DNA of 64,000 nt from Aureliella sp. Its GTDB lineage: Bacteria; Planctomycetota; Planctomycetia; Pirellulales; Pirellulaceae. The notes beneath the pieces were generated by a model, which saw only the letters and a program-made list of their open reading frames with translations, did no database searches and was not told where the DNA came from. The DNA lies in NCBI GenBank assembly GCA_963691875.1, contig OY829846.1, forward strand, positions 2,080,001 through 2,144,000, given 5' to 3'. Shown in pieces: positions 27,134-38,449 of this stretch (the first letter of the stretch is position 1; every line of letters begins with the position of its first letter). Both the position numbers and the translations under genes were made by a program.

Positions 27134-29593
27134 TCAGTAAAGTCGGATCGCAATATCACTGGCGAGAATTGTGACGCAAACCTGTGTCCAGGCCGCCAGT
27201 TCCTCTACCGCCAACTTCTCGTTTCGTTTTGCTTCGCCCAACGAAACTAGATTTTTCGCATCGTCTTTGGCTTCTTTATATCTGCTTCGCATCTGCTTCA
27301 GCAATTCATTGCAGGCCGCGCGTTCCTTCGTATTGGGACCGCGGCAAGCCAACAACTCAAACATCCGCGTGATACGACGATCGTCCTTGGATTCAGCCGC
27401 CAACAAACGCTCGGCAAACTTGCGGCTCATCTCAATTCGCTGTGTCTCATTCAACAGTCCCAGCGACTGGAGCGAAGTATTTGTTCGTGAGCGTCGGACG
27501 CAACTTGACTCGCGGTCGGGTGCATCGAACAGTGTCATCATGGGGTGCGGGCTGGTTCGTTTCCAATAGATGTACAAGCTGCGGCGGTACAGGAGATCTC
27601 CTTTGTCCTGCACGTATTGTTTGGTGTTACTTGCCGGGTGAGCCAGTGCCTTCCACATGCCTACGGGCTGATAAGGCTTCACGCCTTCGCCGCCCATATG
27701 TGGATCGAGCAAGTTGCTGGCCCACAAAGCGGTGTCGCGAATAACTTCGGCATCCATTCGATAGCTGGGGCCCCGCGCGAACAGCTTGTTTTCCGGATCG
27801 TCCAACTCGGCTCGCCAAGCAGAGCTTTGCCTAAACGTCTTACTGGTCATCATCAGCTTCAGCATGTGCTGCAAGTCCCAGTCGCTCGACTGGAGTTCCA
27901 ACGCCAACCAATCGAGTAGCTCCGGATGCGTTGGCTGTTGGCCTTGCAAACCAAAATCTTCAGGGCTGCGAACCAAGCCGTATCCAAATACACGTTGCCA
28001 AATTCGATTCACCAAGACGCGGGATGTAAGTGGATGTTCTGGCGATATCAACCACCGCGCCAAACCGAGACGATTCCTAGGAGCACCTTCCGGGAGCGTC
28101 CCCATGACTTCCGGCACGCCGGGCAGCAAGGGGGCGCCCTGCGGCTTGTCGTACTCACCACGCTGGAGCAATTTGGTCTCGCGCGGACTGGACAAGTCTT
28201 TGGCGATCAGCGTCGTGGTGTAAGTACTTTCCAGGTCGGACTGCGCCTTGGCGATCTTCTCAGCCTTTATCTGTAACAACGTATCTCGGAAAGTGCCGCG
28301 CGGATCAGCAAGTCTTGCAGCCTTCGCGGACCGACTGAGCTGTTCCCAATCGCTTGGCTTTTCAGCCAACTTCTTACCAAACTTCTTTTCCGCCGCTCGT
28401 AGCATCTTGGCCCGTTTCAACCCGAGCACAAAAGCCTCCTGCCAACCTGCTTGATCCTTGGGAGCTCGAGCCGTCGTTCCATACTCGTAGCGATTTCCAT
28501 CCATGGCGCCTTCTTCGGTGCTGTTGAAGAAGGCGAGCATCTGGTAGTACTCTGTCTGTGTTATCGGGTCGTACTTGTGCGTGTGACAGCGAGCGCAAGT
28601 CAGCGTCATGCCGAGCAGGACAGTCCCCAGTGTTTCAGTGCGATCAAAGTTGTTCTTCGCCTGAAACTCAGCCGCAATCGCACCACCTTCCGAAGTGCTC
28701 GGATTCATCCGTACAAACCCAGTAGCAACATGTTGCTCCAGCGTAGGGTCGGGCAACAGATCGCCAGCAAGTTGCCAAAGAATGAAGTCGTCGAGCGGTA
28801 GATTCCTATTCATCGCTCGTACCACCCAGTCGCGATACGGATAAATTCCTCGGCGATTGTCCAAGTGCAGCCCGTGGGTGTCACCATAGCGAACAGCGTC
28901 GAGCCAGAAACGAGCTTGATGCTCCCCGTAACGCGGTGACGTGAAAAGTTTCTCAAGGTAAGTTTCGTAAGCTTCTGGTGAGCCGTCTTTCATAAATGCC
29001 GCTAACACCTCAGGTTCGGGTGGCAGTCCGGTAAGCGTAAATGCGGCACGTCGAGCAAGCGTGGCTTTGTCCGCTTTGGGCGCAAATTTGATATTCGCGG
29101 CAGAAAATTCTCGCTCGATAAAGCCGTCAATGTTCCGAGGAGCCTCAGGCCCCTGCGATCTGGTCGGTTTCACAAACGCCCAGTGCTTGGCATAGCTTCC
29201 TCCGCCCGCGATCCAGTTCGACAAAATCTCTCTCTCGGATTCTGTCATCTGTTTTTCTGCGTCAACGGGAGGCATCGGATCATCTGCAGAGTGAATACGA
29301 TCGAGTAGGGCGCTTTCCGTTGGCGTATTGGGATTCACCGCTAAGTAACCTCCCAAATCCTTGGTTGCTCCCTCGAAGGAATCGAGTCGAACTAGATCCT
29401 TGTCGTAGGCATCGGGGCCATGGCAGAGAAAGCACTTGTCTGACAATATCGGAAGAACTTCGCGGGCAAAATCCACCGTCTGCTTCTCTGCTTCCTGCGT
29501 TGCGGCTTTCTGAGCTGCGGCAGGACCAGCAATGAGCAGAAAAATCGAACTGGCGAAAATCAAACTGGCAGATGGTATTGAGGTCGATCGCAT
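27134..29593 (-). CDS. Planctomycete cytochrome c / DUF1549-DUF1553 protein
   Basis: CFLCH and CARCH heme motifs, [28 protein letters not shown] and RTNTSLQSL. Start placed at MRSTSI. Confidence 0.92.
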   Translation of the reverse strand: MRSTSIPSASLIFASSIFLLIAGPAAAQKAATQEAEKQTVDFAREVLPILSDKCFLCHGPDAYDKDLVRLDSFEGATKDLGGYLAVNPNTPTESALLDRIHSADDPMPPVDAEKQMTESEREILSNWIAGGGSYAKHWAFVKPTRSQGPEAPRNIDGFIEREFSAANIKFAPKADKATLARRAAFTLTGLPPEPEVLAAFMKDGSPEAYETYLEKLFTSPRYGEHQARFWLDAVRYGDTHGLHLDNRRGIYPYRDWVVRAMNRNLPLDDFILWQLAGDLLPDPTLEQHVATGFVRMNPSTSEGGAIAAEFQAKNNFDRTETLGTVLLGMTLTCARCHTHKYDPITQTEYYQMLAFFNSTEEGAMDGNRYEYGTTARAPKDQAGWQEAFVLGLKRAKMLRAAEKKFGKKLAEKPSDWEQLSRSAKAARLADPRGTFRDTLLQIKAEKIAKAQSDLESTYTTTLIAKDLSSPRETKLLQRGEYDKPQGAPLLPGVPEVMGTLPEGAPRNRLGLARWLISPEHPLTSRVLVNRIWQRVFGYGLVRSPEDFGLQGQQPTHPELLDWLALELQSSDWDLQHMLKLMMTSKTFRQSSAWRAELDDPENKLFARGPSYRMDAEVIRDTALWASNLLDPHMGGEGVKPYQPVGMWKALAHPASNTKQYVQDKGDLLYRRSLYIYWKRTSPHPMMTLFDAPDRESSCVRRSRTNTSLQSLGLLNETQRIEMSRKFAERLLAAESKDDRRITRMFELLACRGPNTKERAACNELLKQMRSRYKEAKDDAKNLVSLGEAKRNEKLAVEELAAWTQVCVTILASDIAIRLY

Positions 29594-29725
29594 GGAACGC
29601 ACAAAAAAGAAGGCAGAATTGAAACCTGCGGCTTGGTGGACGTGGATGCCTATATTATAGATCAACGACTGCGGTGAATGCATCAAGGTTCCGGCGGACC
29701 TCGCCGGAAGTCCGGCAGCTCATGC

Positions 29726-29798
29726 GTAGTGGGATTCGCCAGAATTCCTCTTCCCCAAACCCTCATCGCCAAGAAGGAATTATGGCGAATTCCACTAA
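29726..29798. repeat. REP doublet (REPIN-like), GTAGTGGGATTCGCCAGAATTCC type
   Basis: Inverted pair 29726-29748 and 29776-29798. Confidence 0.75.
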
Positions 29799-29810
29799 GG
29801 GGTAAATATT

Positions 29811-30989
29811 TTGCTTGGTGAAGACCAATCTGCAATTCTGCTCGGCCGAGGCAAAATTGCTGGGACGATCGTTGGCGCTGCCTGTTTCCTTGCTTTGGTA
29901 ACATTCGGGATCTTGGCAATCCAGTCTGCTCGCGAGACGGCCAGACGCATGCAGTCGTCGAACCACTTGAAGCAGATTTGCTTGGCGGCCTTGAACTACG
30001 AAAGTGCGGATCGTGTGTTGCCGATGGGAGCGGACATGGACGCTTTGGGCCCTAAGCATGGCTGGATTTACCGGATCGAGCCGTACATCGAAGCAAGTCC
30101 TCTCTACTCAATGATCGAACGAAAGCTTGCTTGGAACCATCCAAGAAACGCACAACTGTTTTCGATCAGTCGCGCTGTTTTTCTGCGGCCGGGAATTAAG
30201 TGGAAGGTAACTGGGGAGGGCTACGATCTGACTCATTACTTGGGTTGTCCAGCAGTGTTTCCGACGGACCATGCGTTGACGCTGGCAGAAGCTGCTGGCT
30301 CGCGCGGCACTTCGAATACGTGGTGCATCGCCGAGTGCTTTTCGGAATGGCAACCACGAGGCTATCCCTACAATTGTCGCGAATTGAACAAGAGTGCCCC
30401 AAAAGTTCCATCGCAGTACGTGGGAATCCTGGTCGCCATGGTCGATGGTTCTGTCCGCTTTGTCGATACATCTATTGGCAATGACGCCATCGATCTTCTG
30501 ACCATGGAGCCCAATCCCAGGGCCTTGCCACCACAGCTGCCTAGCTATGCGTACTCAGATGTCCCGCTGCGCGAAGAAGTGCTCTTTGAGCAAGATCTGG
30601 TTCGGATGAAAGGCAGCAACTGGAATGCACTTCAATTCGATCGTGATGATGTTGAAAACACTCTCGAATTTGCTGTCAAGATCTACAAGGGCAGCTGGCA
30701 ATTGCGAGCCGACTTGCTTGCCGAGCATGCTCGGCAGTATCCGCGCATTCGCAATCTTATCCTGCGCGGCGAGCTGACTGATGAAGTCATGGCTGCGATC
30801 GCGAATCTTTCGCAGCTCGAATTCTTATCCTGCACAGGCAGCCAGCTTAGTCACGAAGGTTATCGTTTATTCAATCAGCTGCCTACTTTGCGCGAAGTTT
30901 TTGGTTTGTCCGACGGTGACTTCGAGCAGATCCGGGCAGAGCGACCGGAACTAACGTTGATCGGGATTCTATCTTCAGATCAGCCTTAG
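29811..30989 (+). CDS. DUF1559-domain protein with C-terminal LRR-like region
   Basis: IQSARETARRMQSSNHLKQICLAALNYE and MVDGSVRFV motifs; C-terminal LxxLxxL repeats (IANLSQLEFL, QLPTLREV). Confidence 0.8.
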   Translation: MLGEDQSAILLGRGKIAGTIVGAACFLALVTFGILAIQSARETARRMQSSNHLKQICLAALNYESADRVLPMGADMDALGPKHGWIYRIEPYIEASPLYSMIERKLAWNHPRNAQLFSISRAVFLRPGIKWKVTGEGYDLTHYLGCPAVFPTDHALTLAEAAGSRGTSNTWCIAECFSEWQPRGYPYNCRELNKSAPKVPSQYVGILVAMVDGSVRFVDTSIGNDAIDLLTMEPNPRALPPQLPSYAYSDVPLREEVLFEQDLVRMKGSNWNALQFDRDDVENTLEFAVKIYKGSWQLRADLLAEHARQYPRIRNLILRGELTDEVMAAIANLSQLEFLSCTGSQLSHEGYRLFNQLPTLREVFGLSDGDFEQIRAERPELTLIGILSSDQP

Positions 30990-30996
30990 CCGATTT

Positions 30997-31066
30997 GTAG
31001 TGGGATTCGCGAGGTTTCCTCGTTCAACCCTGCCCGCCGTTAGGGAATTCTGGCGAATCCCCCTAC
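30997..31066. repeat. REP doublet (REPIN-like), same family as 29726-29798
   Basis: GTAGTGGGATTCGCGAGGTTTCC at 30997-31019 and GGAATTCTGGCGAATCCCCCTAC at 31044-31066. Confidence 0.75.
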
Positions 31067-31132
31067 GAAGACTTTCTGCAAGCAATAGGCACCTTTCACT
31101 TCAAAACATCTGCGATTCTGTGGAACCTGGTT

Positions 31133-31315
31133 ATGGTACAAATCGGACTACTTATCGTGGCGTACGGCCTCGCATCAGGCGGAATCCATGAACTAAGAGG
31201 CAAAGAAGATCCGGAGAAGAAGCAAACGCCGAAAGGCGCCGCCATCGCGATGTTCGCAGTGGCTGCGTTCTTCGTAATCGGCGCAATTCTCTTGACCTCT
31301 TTCAAGTTGGGTTAG
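31133..31315 (+). CDS. Small two-TM membrane protein
   Basis: 60 aa with two hydrophobic helices separated by a charged loop. Confidence 0.55.
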   Translation: MVQIGLLIVAYGLASGGIHELRGKEDPEKKQTPKGAAIAMFAVAAFFVIGAILLTSFKLG

Positions 31316-31443
31316 TGCGCTATCGTTCAGCTGGTCACTCGGCCCACTCTTGCGAAGCCTTCTCGTATGGCCACAATTGCGAATTGAATTTGATCCTTGC
31401 CCCACTGATGGGCTGGTCTCGATTTGCAATCCCAGGAAACACA

Positions 31444-31998
31444 ATGACCACTTACGACAAATCAGAACTGATTGAACTCATCAAGCAGCATGCCCTTCAG
31501 TTTGGTGACTTCACACTCGCATCGGGTAAAAAAGCTTCGTTTTACCTGGACTGTCGCAAATTGACTTTGCATCCCAAGGGAGCCAATCAGATTGGGGCTG
31601 GTATGTTGGAATTGCTTGGCAGCGAGACGCCCGATGCGGTCGGCGGCATGGCAATTGGAGCAGACCCAATCTCAGCGGCTACCATTACTTTGGCAGGTCA
31701 GCGGGACACCGATCTGTTGGGATTCATCGTTCGAAAAGAGGTGAAACAACATGGCACTGGTAGGCAAGTCGAAGGGCCGGTTGAGTCTGGGATGACGGCG
31801 GTGATCGTGGAAGACGTCGTCACCAGTGGCGGTAGTGCCTTGAAAGCCGTAGAAGCCGTTCGCGAATTCGGATTGAAGGTTGACAAGATTCAGGCAGTCG
31901 TCGATCGCTTGGAAGGTGGCCGAGAAGCCATCGAAGCAGCAGGGCTTCAGCTGGAGACTCTGACAACGATCGAAGATTTGGGAATTCAGCGCAGCTGA
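31444..31998 (+). CDS. pyrE: Orotate phosphoribosyltransferase
   Basis: FGDFTLASGKKASFYLD, RKEVKQHG and the PRPP motif VEDVVTSGGS. Confidence 0.96.
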   Translation: MTTYDKSELIELIKQHALQFGDFTLASGKKASFYLDCRKLTLHPKGANQIGAGMLELLGSETPDAVGGMAIGADPISAATITLAGQRDTDLLGFIVRKEVKQHGTGRQVEGPVESGMTAVIVEDVVTSGGSALKAVEAVREFGLKVDKIQAVVDRLEGGREAIEAAGLQLETLTTIEDLGIQRS

Positions 31999-32576
31999 GA
32001 AATAGAACTATCACATTCTAAGTTCCAATACACCTCCGGTGCTTGCTTCTGCGAATCATGAGCTCGGTTGTCGGCGTCCAACGCGGGTCCGCGGGCAAGA
32101 CTCACTTGCATTGGTCCGTTACTTGTTGGAGGACAAGCTATCGCAACTCGCCGGCCAAGGAAACTTGTCGGGACTGTTTCGATCGCCCGACCTGCGTTAC
32201 CTCAAACCCCTGGACCTACGCTACAACTTCGAATCAAAGACTCAGATCGATAAGCTACTCTGCAATGAGTAACTTTTTTCAGTGAAGGCTGAACAACGCC
32301 ACGCCCTGCATGCACGGTAGTTTGCATCAGAGCCCAATCAAACTCCGTCTCCAACGCCGAATTCACGAGAATTCTACCCGCCACCCAAAACCGCTGTCCA
32401 CGGGAAGCGACACCAGCTTAGGGCCGAGTAACGTTAAAGCCAGTCGATGCCCCTAATTGCCGGTCAGTCTTCCCCTCGTTTGACGCGGTACAAGCAATAG
32501 AAGCGTGAGTCAAATGATTATTGAAGACGATCAAGAAAAAAGACAAATAAACGCGCAGCTGGGCTTTTAGAAGACG

Positions 32577-32605
32577 AATGGCGACTCTCCGGAAGAGTCG
32601 CCATT
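32577..32605. terminator. Hairpin downstream of rpoD, probable terminator
   Basis: Perfect 12-bp stem AATGGCGACTCT/AGAGTCGCCATT with a 5-nt loop, about 40 nt after the rpoD stop. Confidence 0.65.
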
Positions 32606-32647
32606 TTCGAACTAGCATTTCGTGGGGTCACATCTTCATTGAGGCGC

Positions 32648-34339
32648 TTAGGCGGCTGGCTTGAGATAGCCCGAAAGATGCTGGGCCCGAACAGGATTTT
32701 GCATCTTGGATACGGCTTTAGCCTCAATCTGACGCACACGTTCTCGTGTGACTTTGAAGATCCGACCAACTTCTTCCAAGGTGTAAGAATAACCGTCCAC
32801 CAAACCGTATCGCAGTCGAATGATTTCGCGTTCGCGATAAGTTAGCGACTTAAGCAAGGTATCAATCTTGTCGCGAAGCAAACCGTTACTTGCGTTACGA
32901 ATCGGATTACCGTGATCGTCGTCTTCGATAAACTCACCGAAAGAGTTGTCTTCACCTTCGCCAACTGGACGATCCAAGCTGGTCGGATGGCGTCCAATAT
33001 CCATGACCCGACGAACTTCTTCGACCGGCAGATCCGTTTGAGCTGCAATTTCCTCGGTGGATGGCTCGCGTTTCAAGGACTGAGTCAGTTGCTTCTGGAT
33101 ATTTCGCAGCCGGCTCAGCACGTCAATCATGTGCACTGGGATACGAATAGTACGAGCTTGATCTGCAATGGCTCGCGTAATCGCTTGGCGAATCCACCAA
33201 GTCGCGTAGGTCGAGAATTTGAAGCCGCGACGATACTCATATTTGTCCACCGCTCGCATCAGTCCCGTATTCCCTTCTTGGATTAGATCCAAGAAGCTCA
33301 TGCCGCGATTTCTATATTTCTTGGCGATGGAAACAACCAATCGCAGGTTGCCTTGAGAAAGCTCCCGTTTGACAGACTCAAAGTCATTGTGGTGCTTGCG
33401 GAAGGAAACACAGCGATTCCGCAATGAACGTGGTGATTCTTCAGTCTGCAGAATTAGCTTACGAAACTCGCGCTGCAGCCGCTCACACTCACCGGATTGC
33501 AATGGATTTAGGCTCAGGATGTCGATCCGCATCTTCAGTGCTTCCATGCGATCGGCCATCTCCTCCAACTGCTTCATGTTCGGGATGACTCGCCGCGAAC
33601 GGAGGCTCAACTCTTCCGCTAGCGTGACACACTTCTCGCGCAGACGTTGGTAAATCTTACCCAGTTCACGCCGCTCGACAGTGGAAGTACTTTTGCGCAC
33701 GATTTGCATGAAAATTGCTCGCTTTTTCACCATCAAGGCCTTGAGGGTGGTCAAGTTATGCGGCATTCGTGCCGTGACTTGTTCCTTCGTCAGCCGTTCT
33801 GTCAAAGACACCTTGATAGTGCGATCGAAAGGCAGTTCGCCACTGTGGACCCGTGAGAGAATCTGCACGGTCTGTCTCAAGGCGTAGGCATTACCGAGCA
33901 GGCAGCGACGGAAGCGTTTTCGTGTAATCTCGATCTTCTTGGCTAGCGCAATTTCTTCGTCGCGACTGAACAGTGGAATCTCCGACATCTGGCTAAGGTA
34001 CAGACGAATCGGATCATCGCTCAACTTAGGTAGCTCGACGGTGGGCTCAAAGTTTTCGTCTTCCGTTTCAGCTTCAGCGTCGTCTGCCAGCTCCATCTCA
34101 TCTTCAGACTTGGATTCCATTTCCAAGTTGAAAGTATCAGAGGTACGCTTTCCTGCAGGCGCTTTGTCTACAAGCGGAATTCCCTTCTTGTCGAGGGCGG
34201 TCAGCAGATTGTCGAGCTTTTCGCTGCTGGTATCCTCGTCTGGCAGGTAGGCGCCGACTTGTTCATAGGTCAAGAAGCCCTGATCACGTCCAGTAGCGAT
34301 GAGGGTACGCAGGTCTAGATCTAGCAGTTCCACTTTCAC
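32648..34339 (-). CDS. rpoD: RNA polymerase primary-type sigma factor
   Basis: Region 1.1, [61 protein letters not shown]; directly downstream of dnaG. Confidence 0.95.
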   Translation of the reverse strand: MKVELLDLDLRTLIATGRDQGFLTYEQVGAYLPDEDTSSEKLDNLLTALDKKGIPLVDKAPAGKRTSDTFNLEMESKSEDEMELADDAEAETEDENFEPTVELPKLSDDPIRLYLSQMSEIPLFSRDEEIALAKKIEITRKRFRRCLLGNAYALRQTVQILSRVHSGELPFDRTIKVSLTERLTKEQVTARMPHNLTTLKALMVKKRAIFMQIVRKSTSTVERRELGKIYQRLREKCVTLAEELSLRSRRVIPNMKQLEEMADRMEALKMRIDILSLNPLQSGECERLQREFRKLILQTEESPRSLRNRCVSFRKHHNDFESVKRELSQGNLRLVVSIAKKYRNRGMSFLDLIQEGNTGLMRAVDKYEYRRGFKFSTYATWWIRQAITRAIADQARTIRIPVHMIDVLSRLRNIQKQLTQSLKREPSTEEIAAQTDLPVEEVRRVMDIGRHPTSLDRPVGEGEDNSFGEFIEDDDHGNPIRNASNGLLRDKIDTLLKSLTYREREIIRLRYGLVDGYSYTLEEVGRIFKVTRERVRQIEAKAVSKMQNPVRAQHLSGYLKPAA

Positions 34340-34504
34340 AACTCCTTTTGCTTAGATCCTCCGGCTGAGTCTTGCGGGAATCAGTCGGCGGATCGTGGAA
34401 TCCGATTGTAAAATTGTTCAGAGCCCCACACTCCGTTGATGGGACTATTTTGCCAATCCGTTAGCCTAGCGGTGATTGCTCAGTGGAAGGCAACTCACTC
34501 GCAA

Positions 34505-36427
34505 CTACGCGGGATCTCCAGGCGGCGTTGGCGGAGGCATCGTATCCTCTTCATCCCCTGGGTCTCCTACGAGTCCTTGTCGCAATCGGGCTTGGCGTAT
34601 GACGTCTTCGAGGACGCCAATTTCTTCCGTCTCCGAAAGATTGGATTTCTGTAACTCCGTTTCAAGTTGCAACCTTCGCACTGCGTCTTGTCGTTCCCCC
34701 ATGCGATGGGTTAGCACCCGCAACCGATCCTCGGCAGACACCTTGGTGTATCCGAGTTTGGCTTGCGCTTGTTCATGGAGCGTGACAAGTAAACTTTTGA
34801 GCGAAGGATCTTCAAGAGCGACCAGTACGCTTTCAAACTCAAGCGACTCGCCGGCAAACTCAAGCTGCTGGTAGGCAGCCAGCATGGCTCGAGCCGCTGC
34901 GCACTCAAGCCAGCCCGATTGCACTCTTTCCAGTGCTATCGGGGCAACTTGCGGTGCCACGATAATCAACTCCAACAGCTCACGTTCAAATGGCGACAGG
35001 TCACCCGGACGCATCAACGCTTGGCTCTGCTCATCCTCTTCGGGCTTTCGCCGTTGAAATCGTTCATTGCGTTTCCGAAGTCCCGACAACCTCTCGCGCA
35101 AGTTGGCTTCTGGAATCGAAAACTTACGAGCCAATCGAGCAAGCACCTGATCCTGTCTCAGGCGAAAAGCACTGTTTTCAATTAGTCCGCTCTGTGGAAC
35201 TTTGGCCAATAGGGAGAGCATCTCTTCGACGGCTTGGTTCGCGCGGTGCGTATCGACTAAGGGGTCAAATCCGCTGCTGACCCTCTGAAGCTTGAACTCC
35301 AAGGCATCGCCAGATTTGCGGATCCGATCGTGCAATGCCTCGGCACCGTTGGCTAACAAAAAGTCGGCCGGATCCTGGCCCTCAGGCAGAGTCAAGACTC
35401 GCACGTCCATCTGAGCATGCAGGAATAATTCTAAGACGTCGTCACTACGCTTTTGCCCGGCTGCGTCTCCGTCTAGCAGCAGTATGACTTGCTCGACCTG
35501 ATTGCGTTGAAGGACTTTGAGATGTTGTTGTGTGAGTGCTGTTCCCAGCACCGCCATGGATGTGTCCAGGCCACATTGATGGGCGATAATGACGTCGGTG
35601 TAGCCCTCAACAATGATCGCTTGCTTGGCCAAGCGGCTTGGTTTACCTGCAACGTCGAAGCCATATAGAGTCTGGTGTTTTTGGAAGACACGCGACTCGG
35701 AGGAGTTCAAATACTTGGCTCGTTCCTCGGAGTTCGGCAGGACTCGTCCACCAAAGGCGATTGGACGCGACTCGCGATCACGCACTGGGAACATAACGCG
35801 GTTGCGGAAAAAATCGTAGTGTCCGCCGCGGTCTCGTTTCTTTGCCAACCCCGAAGCTTCAAGGATAAATGGCGTTATTTTTTCCTGTCGCGCGGCGTCT
35901 TGAATCGCAGACCAGCTGTCTGGTGCGAAGCCAATGCCGAACTGCTTGATGGAAGCAGATGTTATCTGACGGTCCGCCAAATACTCACGTGCTTTTTCAC
36001 CGTCATCGGACTGGAGAAAATCTTGATAGAACTTATCAGCAAACTGCAGCGCGCGATAAATCTCGGCTTTGATGTCTTGACGAGAAGAGGAGCCTTGGGA
36101 GCGTTTGCCACCGTATTTTTCTTTTGACTTGAGCGTAATCCCGGCGCGCTCGGCAAGCTTGCGAAGCGCTTCAGGAAAATTGAGCCCTTCATCTTGCATC
36201 AAGAAATTGAAGACGTCTCCACCAATGTCGCATACCCAACATTTCCAGGTTTGGCGGTTGGGATCTATCTGAAGACTTGGCCGCGTGTCGGTGTGCCAAG
36301 GACAAAGAGTTGCATAATTGCGTCCTTGCCTGCGCAGCTCGTATCGACTGCCGATTAAATCGACAATGTCCGTTGCCGCACGGACCTGCTCTTTGGTATC
36401 TACATCAAAACTGAACGACACAAGCAC
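34505..36427 (-). CDS. dnaG: DNA primase
   Basis: CPWH...CWVC zinc finger, FRNRVMFP, KYLNS, VEGYTD and DGDAAG TOPRIM motifs. Confidence 0.97.
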   Translation of the reverse strand: MLVSFSFDVDTKEQVRAATDIVDLIGSRYELRRQGRNYATLCPWHTDTRPSLQIDPNRQTWKCWVCDIGGDVFNFLMQDEGLNFPEALRKLAERAGITLKSKEKYGGKRSQGSSSRQDIKAEIYRALQFADKFYQDFLQSDDGEKAREYLADRQITSASIKQFGIGFAPDSWSAIQDAARQEKITPFILEASGLAKKRDRGGHYDFFRNRVMFPVRDRESRPIAFGGRVLPNSEERAKYLNSSESRVFQKHQTLYGFDVAGKPSRLAKQAIIVEGYTDVIIAHQCGLDTSMAVLGTALTQQHLKVLQRNQVEQVILLLDGDAAGQKRSDDVLELFLHAQMDVRVLTLPEGQDPADFLLANGAEALHDRIRKSGDALEFKLQRVSSGFDPLVDTHRANQAVEEMLSLLAKVPQSGLIENSAFRLRQDQVLARLARKFSIPEANLRERLSGLRKRNERFQRRKPEEDEQSQALMRPGDLSPFERELLELIIVAPQVAPIALERVQSGWLECAAARAMLAAYQQLEFAGESLEFESVLVALEDPSLKSLLVTLHEQAQAKLGYTKVSAEDRLRVLTHRMGERQDAVRRLQLETELQKSNLSETEEIGVLEDVIRQARLRQGLVGDPGDEEDTMPPPTPPGDPA

Positions 36428-37846
36428 TCCATTGGCTAGCTAGGTCAGCAAAGAGAAGAACTGTTTCTCCAGAGTTAGCTTTCAACCAGGAGAGCTTGAC
36501 TCATTGGAGAAATCGCATCCATTGTCATAAAAGATTATGAACAGGTTCTCAATCTATTGCCAGGACCGGCTTCGCCGTGTCGTTGGGATCCATCCATTCT
36601 CAAGCCAAATCGCCTCGCAAGAGTGAAGTCGCTCCCAATGCAGTTGGGGGAAACTTGTCAGTGCGAATAAGAATTGGGGGCTGAGCTAGCGCAATCCGTT
36701 ACGCTGCGACCAGTATGCCCCGCTTTTCGAAAATCACCAACACCAATCCAATGCGGTCTTTTGGCGACGAATGATGGCATAGTTAGTAGGTTGCATAACG
36801 CCGTAGAATCTCCGGGGCCTTGATACCCAGTGGTCTACTGGTCGCAAAGCGCCGGCACTATCTGCCGCCTCACTCGTTGTACCACCAGATGAATTTTCGA
36901 AATTCAGCAAAATCCAGGTTGCAGAATTTATCGCGCATCGAGTAGCCCTCGCCATTTTCGGCAGCATACTCCCATCTGACTCGCGAGAAGAATTCACTGA
37001 TTCGAGTTATCCAGCGCTTCTGATGACGCACGTCACGTTCCGAGAATAGCCCTAGCTGCTGGAAGAGTTGGTTTGTCCATTCATTGATCTGCTTGATCGA
37101 GTCAACATTAGACCCGCTCAAAAAGTTGATTAGCAATCAATTAACCTTTACCTCCTAAAGATCAAATACCTGCGCAGTGTTTTCGACGATCGCTACGAAC
37201 TCGTGCCAGCGAAAGAAATCACGGTGAAAGTGGGCCCAAGCATTCCAGCCTAACTTCTGTTGCACCTGCCTTTCCGCAAGTGAAGCTCGGCGGTGTAGCC
37301 CATAAATCGAAGTGACAGCATGCACCGCCTCGGAAGAATGATCTCCAAGACTTACCCTTTCAATTACTTCGCCATTTCGTCAACGGCTAGCCGAACCGAA
37401 GGCGTATAGACCGGATTGTCTCCGTCATACATGAATAGAATCAGGCAGAATTCGCGATGAGCTAACAGATCTGCCAATTCCATCTCCCTCTAATTCTTTG
37501 AGTTTGGTTGCCGCATCGGATTCCCCAAGCGCCGAGTTCACGAAATTCGGAAGGAAGCTATACCTCGGAAATTGCCATTGTTTCTTTGGCAAATCAAATT
37601 TTCGATTATGAGTCAACTGCAAGAGCCGGAGGCCGGCGCTGCCTTGGTTGAGCATGCCCGTGACGCAATGATTCTCCTGCTATCAACGGTGGCTAGCGTG
37701 AATGCGGCTAAAATGCGCAGGACTTCCAACGTGAAACTCTGCTTGGCCCTGCTATTTATGCTCAGCGACTCGTCGCAGCGGTAATGGCAGTTTAGAATGC
37801 GTATGGTCTCAAACCTTACTTTGAAATTATGCAACGGAGAATATAG

Positions 37847-38437
37847 GTGTCCAAATCTATCGCATTGCTACTCGCTGTCCCTTGTCTTTTGTTTACGTCC
37901 ATCGCGGCGGCTCAGGAAGAAAAGGAGAGCGAAGGAAAGGGGACGACAATCAAACTCGGTCGTTCCGAAAATATCGTCCTCGAAGCACCAGCTGCGTGGA
38001 AGAAAGTGCAACCTCGTTCCCGCATTTTGAACTACGAGTTCGCGGCACCAGCGGATGCCAAGAAGGGCGATCCAACAGCACGCGTCACTTTGATGGGCGC
38101 GGGCGGCAGCATCGAAGCCAACATTGACCGTTGGTACGGACAGTTCAAGCAAGCCGACGGTTCATCAACCAAGGAAGCTTCGAAGGTCGAGAAGTTTGAA
38201 GTCGACGGGAACACGGTGCACTGGGTTGATATTCCTGGTACCTTTTCGGATCGCATGGGCGGTGGCCCCTTTGCTCCCGGTAAAGTGGTCGAACGAGCAG
38301 ACTACCGGATGCTCGGCGCGATCATCGTCACGAAGAAGGATGGACAGTACTTCGTGAAGATGACCGGACCTGCAGATCTACTGGAGAAGCAAGTGAAAGG
38401 ATTCCAAAAGATGTTGAAGGGACTTAAAGTCAAATAA
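37847..38437 (+). CDS. Hypothetical exported protein
   Basis: Signal peptide (AAA-Q); GGSIEANIDRWYGQF and YFVKMTGP segments. Confidence 0.8.
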   Translation: MSKSIALLLAVPCLLFTSIAAAQEEKESEGKGTTIKLGRSENIVLEAPAAWKKVQPRSRILNYEFAAPADAKKGDPTARVTLMGAGGSIEANIDRWYGQFKQADGSSTKEASKVEKFEVDGNTVHWVDIPGTFSDRMGGGPFAPGKVVERADYRMLGAIIVTKKDGQYFVKMTGPADLLEKQVKGFQKMLKGLKVK

Positions 38438-38449
38438 AGGCACCTGAAA

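Noticed and set aside
25384..29593. DUF1553/DUF1501 pairs as a novel system
   Set aside because: Well-known, highly expanded planctomycete gene pairs, although their function is unresolved.
36879..37253. Stop-codon reassignment suggested by in-frame TAGs in a protein-like plus frame
   Set aside because: Many real genes here end in TAG, and the pseudogene stops include TAA and TGA; decay or shadow frame explains it better.
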